From positions 1-64,000 of the IMG/VR virus record IMGVR_UViG_3300035070_003276: a stretch of DNA of 64,000 nt; one strand, 5' to 3'. Position numbers and translations under genes: made by a program. Source of the stretch: a virus. Taxonomy: Duplodnaviria > Caudoviricetes. The notes under the pieces were generated by a model. It was not told the DNA's origin. It did not search any database and was given only the letters and a program-made list of their open reading frames with translations. Positions 46,401-55,563 of this stretch are shown here, piece by piece. Within the stretch, counting starts at the first letter, position 1, and each line of letters starts with the position of its first letter.

Positions 46401-47640
46401 AAGATTTGAAACTCAAACTTTAGTAGGTGATTTATCACATAGAGTTAGAGCAACACAAAAAGCATTTGATAGGGCACCAATTGATTCATCTAGGTTAGGA
46501 TTATTCTTCTCACCTATGAAAGAGTTGAATATGGATATCCTTAAATCATTTGGTAATTTTAATATAGATAACTATATTGGAGACCCATCTGATGAATTCA
46601 AAGATAATTATTCTGAATTGGGTATTCTTAGAGATTATTATTTCAAAAGGGTAAATAGAGATATCTATGAGTATATAAGATTGGTTCGTTCTATCGATAA
46701 ATCACTATTCGATGTATTGGAAGATTTAGTTCCAGCCAGAGCTAAAGTATCTAAAGGTTTACTAATTGAACCACATTATTTAGAAAGAAGTAAAACACAA
46801 TGGAAGCCGGCTAGTTCTGAAAGGGGTGACCATGAAACTTCTATCGATATTAATGATATAGTATTATCAGGTGATAACAATCAATTCTCAGCTGAGTTAG
46901 ATGCTGATTCTAATGTAGAATTATCATTTCAATATGATAACTATGATGCAAACATTGATGGTGATGATACGATTAATATTACATCAACAACACCATTCTA
47001 CAATGCTGATATAACTACCGAAGATACAATTGTATTAAATGGTGAGTATCCATCATACGTTTCACATATAGAAGTTCCATCTGGTGGTAAGTTAAGTGCA
47101 ATGGTTGATGAAAGTACATTCCAACAAATCGGAATGGAGCGAGATTCACTTGCTAATGCTGGGTTTGGATTATACGCACCAATAACAACTGGTGTTGTTA
47201 CTAAATTAGATATATTTGGTAACCTAACCGCATCAAGAGAAGATATTTATTTAATTAAACAATCTTATGTAGAAACAATATTAACACAAACCGAAGGATA
47301 CCCCGCAACTTCAAATAACGAAGCTGTTAAGTATGAGAATGTAGATGTAACTAAATTTAGATACAAAGTATCTATAATACCTTATGGTGGTTCTACTCCA
47401 TCGGTTGGAAACGATATAGTAGAAGTAACTCCATTATATGGATACTTCCCCACACACTATCGTTATAAAAACAATTTACCACAGGGTATGAAGAATTCAT
47501 TCTTTGAAGGTTCAAAGCAAACTGCAGCAACAACCCCAGATGGGTTATCTCCAGTGGAAACATTTACAACTAATCCTAACATTCTTAGAGTAGCTGATAC
47601 TGGTAGAGGTAGTGGTGAACCGATTTTACAGGTTGATTAA
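43480..47640 (+). CDS. Large baseplate wedge-like structural protein with LamG-like segment
   Basis: 1386 aa; YLNNNLPEFIKED...FMDMVGQHYD, RRILNNLPYILKHKGT, GKVDEFRLW (LamG-like); located in the baseplate cluster. Confidence 0.6.
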   Translation: MAEIASFLGGSNITYGGTAGGTKPKTSVSITKPVTKLNFPTKPVNNLGLGTISPSIINNLILDTTIKAPIATQLINQESDTETINIASQAIDLVINVVSDVYVNTPDIREITYPKEVRGADFVGYDVDFDISWNSIDATVIRMYVGNSTDYVELGPKGNLTLNVKELLDKYPLQTPTLTAKKPINPNVRNANNDYGDKVKIPLRLVPINLETKKPVKGPVEEIEILFDKGDLEIPRSVVINRIAEGFISQFDKCKFDDSKLLTHLFHIGNGDNKVITTWTGLVANSTNDIDDTSLILKLYEPLPTSVLTNQKVWISKVQAEPIIDTITLVGDDTEYCPPLQGPNFKLEVDNGIGYQMYDDLVANGSTTSTSLIQQYVSKTGIDTEKLNIQYASGSVHMFENFSHFGSAEERIKNFWYKIQLLESYQSKYNELTSNTVELGFVLAEGGAYDGYTIITEASDNLQLDALSVTATSQIQSAAQLTKINDLIGTFDGFEKWLYTDTQYSDSLSYPKSGNTIKATSTDEAIAWYNSSVSSAATYDRNNVNYLNNNLPEFIKEDYQNEDFMLFMDMVGQHYDIIWAYVNGLTKLKSPQHKADLGFSNDLMYAMLESLGWDGKKAYDSQFLWEYAFGQYKDGTQKYQQSLKSANEEVWRRILNNLPYILKHKGTSRSLKAVMACYGIPNSLLTIMEFGGPTDPTNGGTNKFTFEDRTAAINFTNSGESISTQWNEVDGTYPNAVEMTVNLQTPGNYNILKGANDAFTTPLWRVSITNTTGSFGTIDLFVSESLTGNVHSSSTEPFNIFNEEYTQIVINRELVGSDSQFQIIAKEAFGGRIRTNVSTDVMSITGDNGWDTGSAFIVSLGYEMEGKVDEFRLWKQPLEDNVIETHTLMPDSTVGNSYTSSTEDLLVRYDFEYPKNRAVDLDIKNVAISTEYSLPNGSADGFISATEYPYQYTPYERSVTAKVPSLGFNQSDKIRFETQTLVGDLSHRVRATQKAFDRAPIDSSRLGLFFSPMKELNMDILKSFGNFNIDNYIGDPSDEFKDNYSELGILRDYYFKRVNRDIYEYIRLVRSIDKSLFDVLEDLVPARAKVSKGLLIEPHYLERSKTQWKPASSERGDHETSIDINDIVLSGDNNQFSAELDADSNVELSFQYDNYDANIDGDDTINITSTTPFYNADITTEDTIVLNGEYPSYVSHIEVPSGGKLSAMVDESTFQQIGMERDSLANAGFGLYAPITTGVVTKLDIFGNLTASREDIYLIKQSYVETILTQTEGYPATSNNEAVKYENVDVTKFRYKVSIIPYGGSTPSVGNDIVEVTPLYGYFPTHYRYKNNLPQGMKNSFFEGSKQTAATTPDGLSPVETFTTNPNILRVADTGRGSGEPILQVD

Positions 47641-47704
47641 TCAATAATAATTTATTTTTTAAAATGTTATATTTATTAGTATATCAAAAGGGTAATATAA
47701 AATT

Positions 47705-48328
47705 ATGGGATATTTAAATAACACATCGATTACAGTAGATGCCATTCTGACCAAAAAAGGTAGACAGAAGCTGGCATCGGGTCAATCATTGAACATAACC
47801 AAATTCGCATTGGGTGATGATGAGATTGATTATACATTATACGAACCAGCACATCCGAAGGGAAGTGCATATTATGATTCGGCAATTAAGGCAATTCCTA
47901 TAATGGAAGCAAGTCCTGATGAAACACAAGTATTAAGATACAAATTAGTTACACTACCGAAAGGTACAACACAAATTCCAATCGTAGCATTGGGAATTCC
48001 ATCTATCGGAGCTTATCAAGATGAAGGAGGAGTTGCAATGACTCCAACTACTTCACCTGCTGGTAACTCTTCAGCTGGATACACTGTTGTATTGGCAGAC
48101 CAGAGAGCTGGTACATTATCAGTAACGCAAGGAGCAACAGCAGCCGGTTCGGTTCCTGTTTTCTTAGGAGAAGAAATCACAACTACCGCACAAGTTGTAA
48201 GTGGTTTAGGATTTAAATTCACTCCAAATCCAGCGTTAACTTCAAATGTATCAACAACTATTACGGTCTATGGTAATGAAACGGGTGGTTCGCAAACCAT
48301 TCCAGTAACTATAACATATAGAGCATAA
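47705..48328 (+). CDS. Baseplate/tail-collar protein
   Basis: DAILTKKGRQKLA...ITKFALGDDEIDY resembles the first half of the P2 gpH/DUF3751 collar domain; TATTTATT variant motif at 47670. Confidence 0.55.
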   Translation: MGYLNNTSITVDAILTKKGRQKLASGQSLNITKFALGDDEIDYTLYEPAHPKGSAYYDSAIKAIPIMEASPDETQVLRYKLVTLPKGTTQIPIVALGIPSIGAYQDEGGVAMTPTTSPAGNSSAGYTVVLADQRAGTLSVTQGATAAGSVPVFLGEEITTTAQVVSGLGFKFTPNPALTSNVSTTITVYGNETGGSQTIPVTITYRA

Positions 48329-48340
48329 AGGAAATAAGAT

Positions 48341-49549
48341 ATGGCATTAATAAACGACCCAAACATAGCAGCACAAATTGCTGATTTAGCATCAACTGGA
48401 ACTTTTGATACGAACGATATCGTTTCAATCATAAACTCCGCATTACCTGCTGGTCAACAATTACAATCCGGAGCTGGAGCAACAACTGGTGTGTACAAAC
48501 AATTCGGTGAATTTGATAAAGTAAACGCTAAGGTAGAAGTGGTAACAACGGGTCTTTGGACTGGCGATGTTGGTTCTTTGGCAAACGCTTATACTTCATC
48601 AACCCAAGTTGCACAAAGTGGAAATTACTATTATGATGTGTATAGTACTGACCCAAGAACTGATTCAACTGCAGAAGTTCAATTTGCAGTAGCATACGGA
48701 CACGTTGATGGTAGTGGTTCCGTTTCATTGGAAACCGATGATGATGCACTTCTTTCTACAAAAGCAACATACGCACAATACAAATCAGTATTGTTAGACC
48801 CAACTGATACTAAATTCTCATTTGAAACTTCCACTGCTAACGTATTTGAAGATTCAAACTCAATCTACGCTATCAATGTAAATAGAGCTAGATATAGAGA
48901 AAAAATGGATGCTGGAAACTGGTCAATCCAATTAAGTGGTTCAAATGGAACATTCACTTTCATTGATGATAGTGGTAAGAAATTCGGAGATACTTTAGGA
49001 AAAGCTGGTAGAGTATTCAAAGTAGTAAGTGGTTCACTTAACTTAGGTACTGAAAACGAAGCAACTGTTGCATCTACTACTGATGCAAACGGAAAAGGAT
49101 ATGGATTATTCTACCCAGATAGAGGTATTGTAATTTTCAATCCAACTGCATTAGCAACTACTGTTGGAACTGTAAAGCCATTTGGTGGAGCAGCTGAATC
49201 TTTATTAGGTGTTGAGACTGTTGTAGCGGATACTCAAAATCACAAAACATTAATTCAAGCTATTGATAACGGAAGTGATTTCCAAGCGAGAAGAACTGAA
49301 AATGTATCAACACAACATTTCTTCGTAAGAGCAACGAATAGAGAATTCAACTACTCAAACAATCCAACGTACACTAAGGCAGATGGGACGTTCGTAGAAA
49401 CAACATTTAATACTGACCCACAAACGTATATTACAACGGTTGGTTTATTAAATAACTCAAATGAATTAATTGCAGTAGCTAAAACTTCTCAACCCATAAA
49501 CAAATCGTTTGATAAAGAAGTATTAATAAAAGTTAAACTTTCATTTTAA
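48341..49549 (+). CDS. Baseplate/tail structural protein
   Basis: C-terminal TYITTVGLLNNSNELIAVAKTSQPINK; paralogous C-terminus to 49642..50481. Confidence 0.6.
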   Translation: MALINDPNIAAQIADLASTGTFDTNDIVSIINSALPAGQQLQSGAGATTGVYKQFGEFDKVNAKVEVVTTGLWTGDVGSLANAYTSSTQVAQSGNYYYDVYSTDPRTDSTAEVQFAVAYGHVDGSGSVSLETDDDALLSTKATYAQYKSVLLDPTDTKFSFETSTANVFEDSNSIYAINVNRARYREKMDAGNWSIQLSGSNGTFTFIDDSGKKFGDTLGKAGRVFKVVSGSLNLGTENEATVASTTDANGKGYGLFYPDRGIVIFNPTALATTVGTVKPFGGAAESLLGVETVVADTQNHKTLIQAIDNGSDFQARRTENVSTQHFFVRATNREFNYSNNPTYTKADGTFVETTFNTDPQTYITTVGLLNNSNELIAVAKTSQPINKSFDKEVLIKVKLSF

Positions 49550-49578
49550 TAAAATTATAAAAGTATAAACTCTAAATG

Positions 49579-49606
49579 AAACCCCCCTTAATTGGGGGGT
49601 TTTTTG
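49579..49606 (+). terminator. Intrinsic terminator
   Basis: AAACCCCCC / GGGGGGTTT stem, TTAATT loop, T-tract. Confidence 0.85.
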
Positions 49607-49615
49607 TTTCATAGA

Positions 49616-49623
49616 TATTTATA
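49616..49623 (+). promoter_or_regulatory. TATTTATA motif
   Basis: Exact motif right after the terminator, 18 nt before the ATG at 49642. Confidence 0.45.
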
Positions 49624-49641
49624 TGAAAGTATATTATTTAG

Positions 49642-50481
49642 ATGATTAAAGAAATACCAAAATCGGATGTAGTAGTTAGGCCTTTTAAAGTTTACAAAGA
49701 GTGGGCTTTGGATGAGAGTGATGTTACGCCATTATATGGTACACTACAAACTGATTTATATGATGTAGATACCGATGAAGTGAATACAGATGGTACATCT
49801 AAACGAACCTTATATGATTCTATAAAATCACAATTCTATCTAAACCCATCAACCTCATCAATCTTAACAGAAGTTGGTAAGAGGGTATCTTACGCATCTA
49901 CTGATGAGAGAGTAATTGGTGATACTATTGGTGTGATATCAATACCACAACAAAAATATGGTGAAGGGTTAAAGATAGGTTCGGTTGAATTGGAATATGG
50001 TTCTATTACTGTAACTGATGATGGTAATTCAAACTTAATTGATTCTGCTAGTAATCATAAAGGTAACGTATTTTATGATAGAGGATTGATTGTACTTACC
50101 GATGGTATTATAGATGATACGACTATTAATACCTTTGATGTATCATATCGTTCTACAATGACTATTTACGAAAACGAAGTATTTCTATCCGTAAATGAAA
50201 ATGAGTTTAATGTATCACAAAACCCATCGGCATATGATGGAACTAATAGAATAAAATTAAAAACAATTCAATCTACAATAGAACCAACTAAGTTTGGTGG
50301 ATTTGGTGATTATGATTATTCATCTTCAGTTGATACTACTGGTTCGTATTTAGCACCATTCATTACAACGATAGGTTTATATGATAACGAATTGAATATG
50401 GTTGCGGTATGTAAGTTACCAAAACCGATTAAATCATTACCTGATTATCCGTTGAACTTTATTGTTCGTTTCGATACTTAA
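49642..50481 (+). CDS. Baseplate/tail structural protein
   Basis: C-terminal PFITTIGLYDNELNMVAVCKLPKPIK; shares DDG/GNVFYDRGLIV-type segments with 48341..49549. Confidence 0.6.
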   Translation: MIKEIPKSDVVVRPFKVYKEWALDESDVTPLYGTLQTDLYDVDTDEVNTDGTSKRTLYDSIKSQFYLNPSTSSILTEVGKRVSYASTDERVIGDTIGVISIPQQKYGEGLKIGSVELEYGSITVTDDGNSNLIDSASNHKGNVFYDRGLIVLTDGIIDDTTINTFDVSYRSTMTIYENEVFLSVNENEFNVSQNPSAYDGTNRIKLKTIQSTIEPTKFGGFGDYDYSSSVDTTGSYLAPFITTIGLYDNELNMVAVCKLPKPIKSLPDYPLNFIVRFDT

Positions 50482-50485
50482 TTGA

Positions 50486-50493
50486 TATTTATA
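50486..50493 (+). promoter_or_regulatory. TATTTATA motif
   Basis: Exact motif ending 19 nt before the ATG at 50513. Confidence 0.45.
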
Positions 50494-50512
50494 TACACAA
50501 AGGAGAATAATT

Positions 50513-50719
50513 ATGACTTTAGAAGAAAGATTAAAACAAACACCGCCAGATTCATCAAAAGCAAATACTAAAGGTGGAGATAAGACTCCATTAGAAGCAG
50601 ATGGTGGACTAGATTTATCAAAAGATGAAAAGGCTATTGAAAAATCAGGTGGTAGAAAGCTAGGAAAAGGTGGAGCTGGGCATAGTCCATCCAAACCTTA
50701 TTCAGACAAATTTAAATAA
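50513..50719 (+). CDS. Small K/G/D-rich hypothetical protein
   Basis: 68 aa, predicted disordered. Confidence 0.6.
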   Translation: MTLEERLKQTPPDSSKANTKGGDKTPLEADGGLDLSKDEKAIEKSGGRKLGKGGAGHSPSKPYSDKFK

Positions 50720-50725
50720 GACTTA

Positions 50726-51190
50726 ATGTCAAATTGGTTATGGAATGGTAACGATGTTACCGAAGATGTTATACCTGAGGATGCCGTAGGATTTATCTAT
50801 ATGATAGAACATATCCCTACTGGCAAATATTACATTGGTAAAAAATCCTTAGAAAGTGTCCGAAATGTAAAAATCGGAGTTAGAGAGTTGGCTCGTATCA
50901 AAGAAGAACGAAAGTTAGCTGGTATAAGGGGTTCACTACCCAAAAAGAAAAAAGTTAGAAAATCTTCTGACTGGCAAAAGTACTACTCATCCAACGATTG
51001 GATTAAAGAACAAATCTCAGAAGGTAAGAATGATGAGTTCAAACGAAGTGTTCTACAATTCTGCTATTCAAAAAAATCATTATCATATTATGAAGTACAT
51101 TGGATGTTTAAATACGATGTCCTATCAGATGATAATTCACTTAACGGAAACATATTAGGAAAGTTTTATAGAAAAGACTTGGATAATTAA
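50726..51190 (+). CDS. GIY-YIG-like nuclease
   Basis: GFIYMIEHIPTGKYYIGKK...WQKYYSS...LSYYE...N. Confidence 0.7.
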   Translation: MSNWLWNGNDVTEDVIPEDAVGFIYMIEHIPTGKYYIGKKSLESVRNVKIGVRELARIKEERKLAGIRGSLPKKKKVRKSSDWQKYYSSNDWIKEQISEGKNDEFKRSVLQFCYSKKSLSYYEVHWMFKYDVLSDDNSLNGNILGKFYRKDLDN

Positions 51191-51209
51191 AATATTATTT
51201 GTATATTTG
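51178..51209 (+). promoter_or_regulatory. Bacteroidota sigma-A type promoter
   Basis: CTTG (51178-51181), 20 nt, TATATTTG (51202-51209). Confidence 0.7.
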
Positions 51210-51242
51210 TATATTAAATGTATATACACTAAAAATAATATT

Positions 51243-51446
51243 ATGAATTTAGAACAAGTAGCAATTGCATATGGTATTAATCCAAATAACCTAAATGCAA
51301 AAGATGATGGTTTAAAGATAGCTGTTAAATCAATCAAAGATTTAGTAAGACAAATGGAGCAACGTAATGTTGATGCCCAAACTATATCTCAAGTAAAGAG
51401 ATTGGGTGAATTCTTATTTGCGGTATCCGATTCTCAAATGGGATAA
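51243..51446 (+). CDS. Small hypothetical protein
   Basis: ATG at 51243 preferred; 67 aa helical. Confidence 0.6.
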   Translation: MNLEQVAIAYGINPNNLNAKDDGLKIAVKSIKDLVRQMEQRNVDAQTISQVKRLGEFLFAVSDSQMG

Positions 51447-51478
51447 TTTGGTAAATCCAAATAAATTTCGTATATTTA
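51447..51478 (+). promoter_or_regulatory. Bacteroidota sigma-A type promoter (variant), upstream of primase
   Basis: TTTG (51447-51450), 20 nt, TATATTTA (51471-51478). Confidence 0.7.
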
Positions 51479-51494
51479 CACAAAATATAATTTA

Positions 51495-52433
51495 ATGCTC
51501 TCCGCAAGAAATAAATTAGTTGTTATAAATGTATTGGATTCTACATTAGGTGTGGGTTCATCTATGAAGGGAAACGAACAGGCACATCACTGTCCTTTTT
51601 GTCACCATCATAAGAAGAAATTACAAATAAATTTAGATTCTCAATATTGGCATTGTTGGGTATGTGATTCTAAGGGAAGAAGTATCCAATCACTTTTACG
51701 GAAGCTAAATGTAGATAGAGGTGATTTATCAAAAATCATTTCTATCTATGGAGAGTATAAACCATCTACTAATCATAAGGAGGTAGAAAAAATACAACTT
51801 AAACTTCCTAAAGAATTCAAACCACTTCATCAGAAACCAAAATCGATAGATTTTGCATACAATCAAGCATTGGGATATCTTTATAAGAGAGGTATTACTA
51901 TGGATGAAATATTAAAACATAATATTGGATATTGTGAAGATGGTATGTATGGTGGTAGGACTATTGTACCATCATATAATGCTGATGGTGAATTAAACTA
52001 TTTTGTAGCACGTTCGTATTATTCTGATAATACCATGAAATACAAAAACCCACCTGTTAGTAGAGATGTAATTGTATTTGATAACCAAATCAATTGGAAT
52101 GAACCAATTACACTAGTTGAGGGTGTGTTCGATTCATTCTCAGTAAAGAGAAACGTAATTCCCATCTTAGGAAAGTTTTTACCAAAAACATTGAAAGAGA
52201 AGATATTTGAAAAGGGAGTAAGTGAAATAAAAATCCTATTGGATGCTGATGCAGTTGATGATTCCACAAAGCATGCGGAATACTTTATAAAAAATGGTAT
52301 AAAGGTAACAAACATTATACCCACAGAAAGTGATGCTGGTGATATGGGATTTGATAAAGTAAATGAATTACTAAAAGAAACCAAAGAAAGTGGTTGGGAT
52401 GATTTAATCCTATCTAAATTAAATAATATATGA
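51495..52433 (+). CDS. dnaG: DNA primase (zinc-binding domain plus TOPRIM)
   Basis: CPFC...WHCWVCD zinc finger; YLYKRGI; YFVAR; KYKNP; LVEGVFD; LLDADA. Confidence 0.88.
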   Translation: MLSARNKLVVINVLDSTLGVGSSMKGNEQAHHCPFCHHHKKKLQINLDSQYWHCWVCDSKGRSIQSLLRKLNVDRGDLSKIISIYGEYKPSTNHKEVEKIQLKLPKEFKPLHQKPKSIDFAYNQALGYLYKRGITMDEILKHNIGYCEDGMYGGRTIVPSYNADGELNYFVARSYYSDNTMKYKNPPVSRDVIVFDNQINWNEPITLVEGVFDSFSVKRNVIPILGKFLPKTLKEKIFEKGVSEIKILLDADAVDDSTKHAEYFIKNGIKVTNIIPTESDAGDMGFDKVNELLKETKESGWDDLILSKLNNI

Positions 52434-55400
52434 AGGTAGAAAAGATTTACCATTTAGCGGATTTACATATCCGTAACTTAAAAAGACATAAGGAGTATAG
52501 AGAAGTATTCCAAAAGTTTTTGGATAATGTGGATAGAGATAATATTGAAAACTCAGTTATCTACTTAGCTGGTGATATTGCACATGCTAAAACTGAAATG
52601 AGTCCTGAATTAGTAAGGGAAATCAGTTGGTTATTAACTGAATGTGCAAATAGAAAAGAAACATTCTTAATTACTGGAAACCACGATTGTAACTTAAATA
52701 ACAACTATCGATTGGATGTATTGACTCCAATTGTAGAAAACTTAGACAATGAAAGAATTCACTATCTTAGAGATACTGGGGTGTACAAACATCATAATCT
52801 TACTTTTGTGGTATATTCGATACTCGATGAAAAAGAGAATTGGCCAAAGGCTAAATTGGTAGAAGGTGAGAATAAGATATGTTTATTCCATGGACCTGTT
52901 AACCTAGCAGAAACTGATATCGGATATACTGTATCATCCAACTCTTTCACAACCGATATGTTTGATGGGTTTGATATGGTGATGTTGGGTGATATCCATA
53001 AAAGACAAACATTAGGAACGCCAACTATTGCATATGCTGGTTCGATGATTCAACAAAATCACGGAGAAGCTTTGAATAAGCATGGTTACTTATTATGGGA
53101 TGTTGAAAGTAGAACTTTCGAAGAGTTTGATATTGAAAACGATTATGGATTTTACACATTGGATGTAAATGATGGTGTAGTTCCGAACGTTACCAATATG
53201 CCAAAGAAACCTCGATTAAGAGTTCGTATTTCAAATACTGACCCAACTCAGATTAAGAGAGCATTAACCGAAATCAAAAAGAAATATAAGGTTGAGGAAT
53301 TCACTGTTACACGTATGGATACTCTATCTAAACAAAAGACTGGTAACTTTGATGATAAGTTGGCAATCGGAAATGTAAGAGATGTTGAATTCCAAAACGA
53401 ACTCATTAAGGATTACTTAGAAAGACAATATCTTGCAGATGAAGATACTATTGACAAAATCAAAACTATCAATAGAGAGATGAATTCTAAGTTAGTAGAT
53501 GATGATGTTACCCCAAACATCCAATGGGTACCAAAAACATTTGAATTTTCTAATATGTTTTCATATGGTGAGAATAACAAAATAAAATTTGATAATGTAA
53601 ATGGGATGGTTGGTATATTTGCCCCAAACGCAAGTGGTAAATCATCTTTATTTGATGCAATCTCATTTTGTATTTTTGATAAGACAAGTAGAACCTATGT
53701 AGCAAAGAATGTTCTAAATAATAGAAAAGATAACTTCTATTGTAAATTACACTTTCAAATAGAAGATGTAGATTATTTTATAGAGAGGAGAGCAAAACTC
53801 ATCAATAAAGGTAAGAATCTAAAAGTAGATGTTTCCTTTTGGAAAGAAGATGTGGGTGGTATCACTTCATTGAATGGAGAGCAGAGGAGAGAAACCAACT
53901 CAATTATTCAACAATACTTAGGAACCTATGATGATTTTGTTCTCACTACTCTATCACTTCAAGGAAACAACTCATTATTTATTGATAAATCTCAATCAGA
54001 GAGAAAGGAAATCCTTGCTCAATTTATGGGAGTAGATGTGTTTGATAAACTCTACAACTTTGCACAAGATGAGAATAGAGATAACGCTTCACTCATACGT
54101 AAGTTTAAACAAGATGATTTTACTCAGAAGTTAGCTGATATCGAAGTTGAATTAAAATCTAAAGAAGCTGAATATAAGTTAGAAGAAATAAATCTATCAA
54201 CGGCTAATGCTGAAGTGGAGAAGCACAATCAAAAATTAATCTCCCTCAACGAAAAAGTTGTAAAAGTTAAATCCGACAATTATTCTTTGACCGAATTGGA
54301 AACCAAAAAATCGACGGTGGTAGGAAAGTTAGTAACTTTGGAAGAACAACGAAATTTAAACCAAAGTAAGATTGAAACTTTAGAAGATGAACAAATTGGA
54401 TTGGAAGAATCTATTGATACGTATGATGAAGATGATATCATCAAAGAGGTGGAGTTATTTAATCAATACACTTCGGATTTAAAGGATTTAGATAATGAGT
54501 TGGATAAGATGAAAATTAGAGAGGATTCTCTAATGGAAAGAATGGCTCATTTGGAAACTCATAAATACAATACTGATTGTGAGATTTGTATGGAGAATTC
54601 AGAATCCATCATCGATGCTAAAGTTGGTGTAGAAGCAGACTTATCTATCATTTCGGTGGAGAAGAAAGAAAAGTTTGAATATAAGAACGAACTCCTTTTG
54701 GGTATCGATAGTAGAAAGAAATACCCAGAATTGTTGAAAGAACTCAACAAACTAAAAGTTGATGAAGAAAAGGTAAGTAGAGATATTAACACACTTATCA
54801 ACAAGTTATCAACAATGGAAACTCAAGAAGTGAAGTTAAATTCGGAACTTCTTCAAGTTACACAACTGATTACGGATTATTTGGAGAATGAAAAGCAAAT
54901 CAAACAAAACAAAGAACTAAGAACCGAAATCCAAAATGTACGAACTGAATTACTTAATTCAAAGAAAAATTTGGAAAAGGCAAATAAAGTAATTCTTAAA
55001 CTAAATGGTGAAGTATCATCTCTTACTAATCAGAAACAAACCATTGAGGAACGAATAAAGGAGGTTGCAAAATTAGAAGAACAATTTGGATTATATGAAT
55101 ACTACTTAAACGCTTTGGGTAAAGATGGGGTATCGTATGAATTGATTTCAAAGGCACTTCCAATGATTGAAGGTGAGGTAAACAACATCTTAGGTCAAAT
55201 TGTAGAGTTTGGTTTACAATTGGAAATGGATGGGAAAAACATCAACGCTAACATCGTTTACGATGACCAGAAATGGAGTTTGGAGATGTGTAGTGGTATG
55301 GAGAGGTTCATTAGTGGTTTAGCTATTAGAATCGCTCTAATCAACGTATGTAACCTACCTCGTCCTAACTTCTTAGTAGTGGATGAAGGATTTGGAACTT

Positions 55401-55561
55401 TGGATAACGAAAACCTAACATCATTGTATATGTTGTTCGCTTATCTAAAAACTCAATTTGATTTTGTGATGATTATCTCACACATCGATTCAATGAGGGA
55501 TGTGGTGGATACTTTGATGGAAATCAAAAAAGTAAATGGATTCAGTAACATTAAATTTTAA
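52430..55561 (+). CDS. Fused Mre11/SbcD nuclease and Rad50/SbcC ATPase (gp47-gp46-like)
   Basis: HLADLH, GDIAH, GNHD, LGDIH; Walker A APNASGKSS; CEIC hook; SGMER signature; VVDEGFGTLD; IISH. Confidence 0.93.
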   Translation: MKVEKIYHLADLHIRNLKRHKEYREVFQKFLDNVDRDNIENSVIYLAGDIAHAKTEMSPELVREISWLLTECANRKETFLITGNHDCNLNNNYRLDVLTPIVENLDNERIHYLRDTGVYKHHNLTFVVYSILDEKENWPKAKLVEGENKICLFHGPVNLAETDIGYTVSSNSFTTDMFDGFDMVMLGDIHKRQTLGTPTIAYAGSMIQQNHGEALNKHGYLLWDVESRTFEEFDIENDYGFYTLDVNDGVVPNVTNMPKKPRLRVRISNTDPTQIKRALTEIKKKYKVEEFTVTRMDTLSKQKTGNFDDKLAIGNVRDVEFQNELIKDYLERQYLADEDTIDKIKTINREMNSKLVDDDVTPNIQWVPKTFEFSNMFSYGENNKIKFDNVNGMVGIFAPNASGKSSLFDAISFCIFDKTSRTYVAKNVLNNRKDNFYCKLHFQIEDVDYFIERRAKLINKGKNLKVDVSFWKEDVGGITSLNGEQRRETNSIIQQYLGTYDDFVLTTLSLQGNNSLFIDKSQSERKEILAQFMGVDVFDKLYNFAQDENRDNASLIRKFKQDDFTQKLADIEVELKSKEAEYKLEEINLSTANAEVEKHNQKLISLNEKVVKVKSDNYSLTELETKKSTVVGKLVTLEEQRNLNQSKIETLEDEQIGLEESIDTYDEDDIIKEVELFNQYTSDLKDLDNELDKMKIREDSLMERMAHLETHKYNTDCEICMENSESIIDAKVGVEADLSIISVEKKEKFEYKNELLLGIDSRKKYPELLKELNKLKVDEEKVSRDINTLINKLSTMETQEVKLNSELLQVTQLITDYLENEKQIKQNKELRTEIQNVRTELLNSKKNLEKANKVILKLNGEVSSLTNQKQTIEERIKEVAKLEEQFGLYEYYLNALGKDGVSYELISKALPMIEGEVNNILGQIVEFGLQLEMDGKNINANIVYDDQKWSLEMCSGMERFISGLAIRIALINVCNLPRPNFLVVDEGFGTLDNENLTSLYMLFAYLKTQFDFVMIISHIDSMRDVVDTLMEIKKVNGFSNIKF

Positions 55562-55563
55562 AA

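Noticed and set aside
50726-51190. GIY-YIG gene as a mobile homing element
   Set aside because: It does not interrupt a gene and no intron or flanking repeats are visible; kept as an ordinary CDS.
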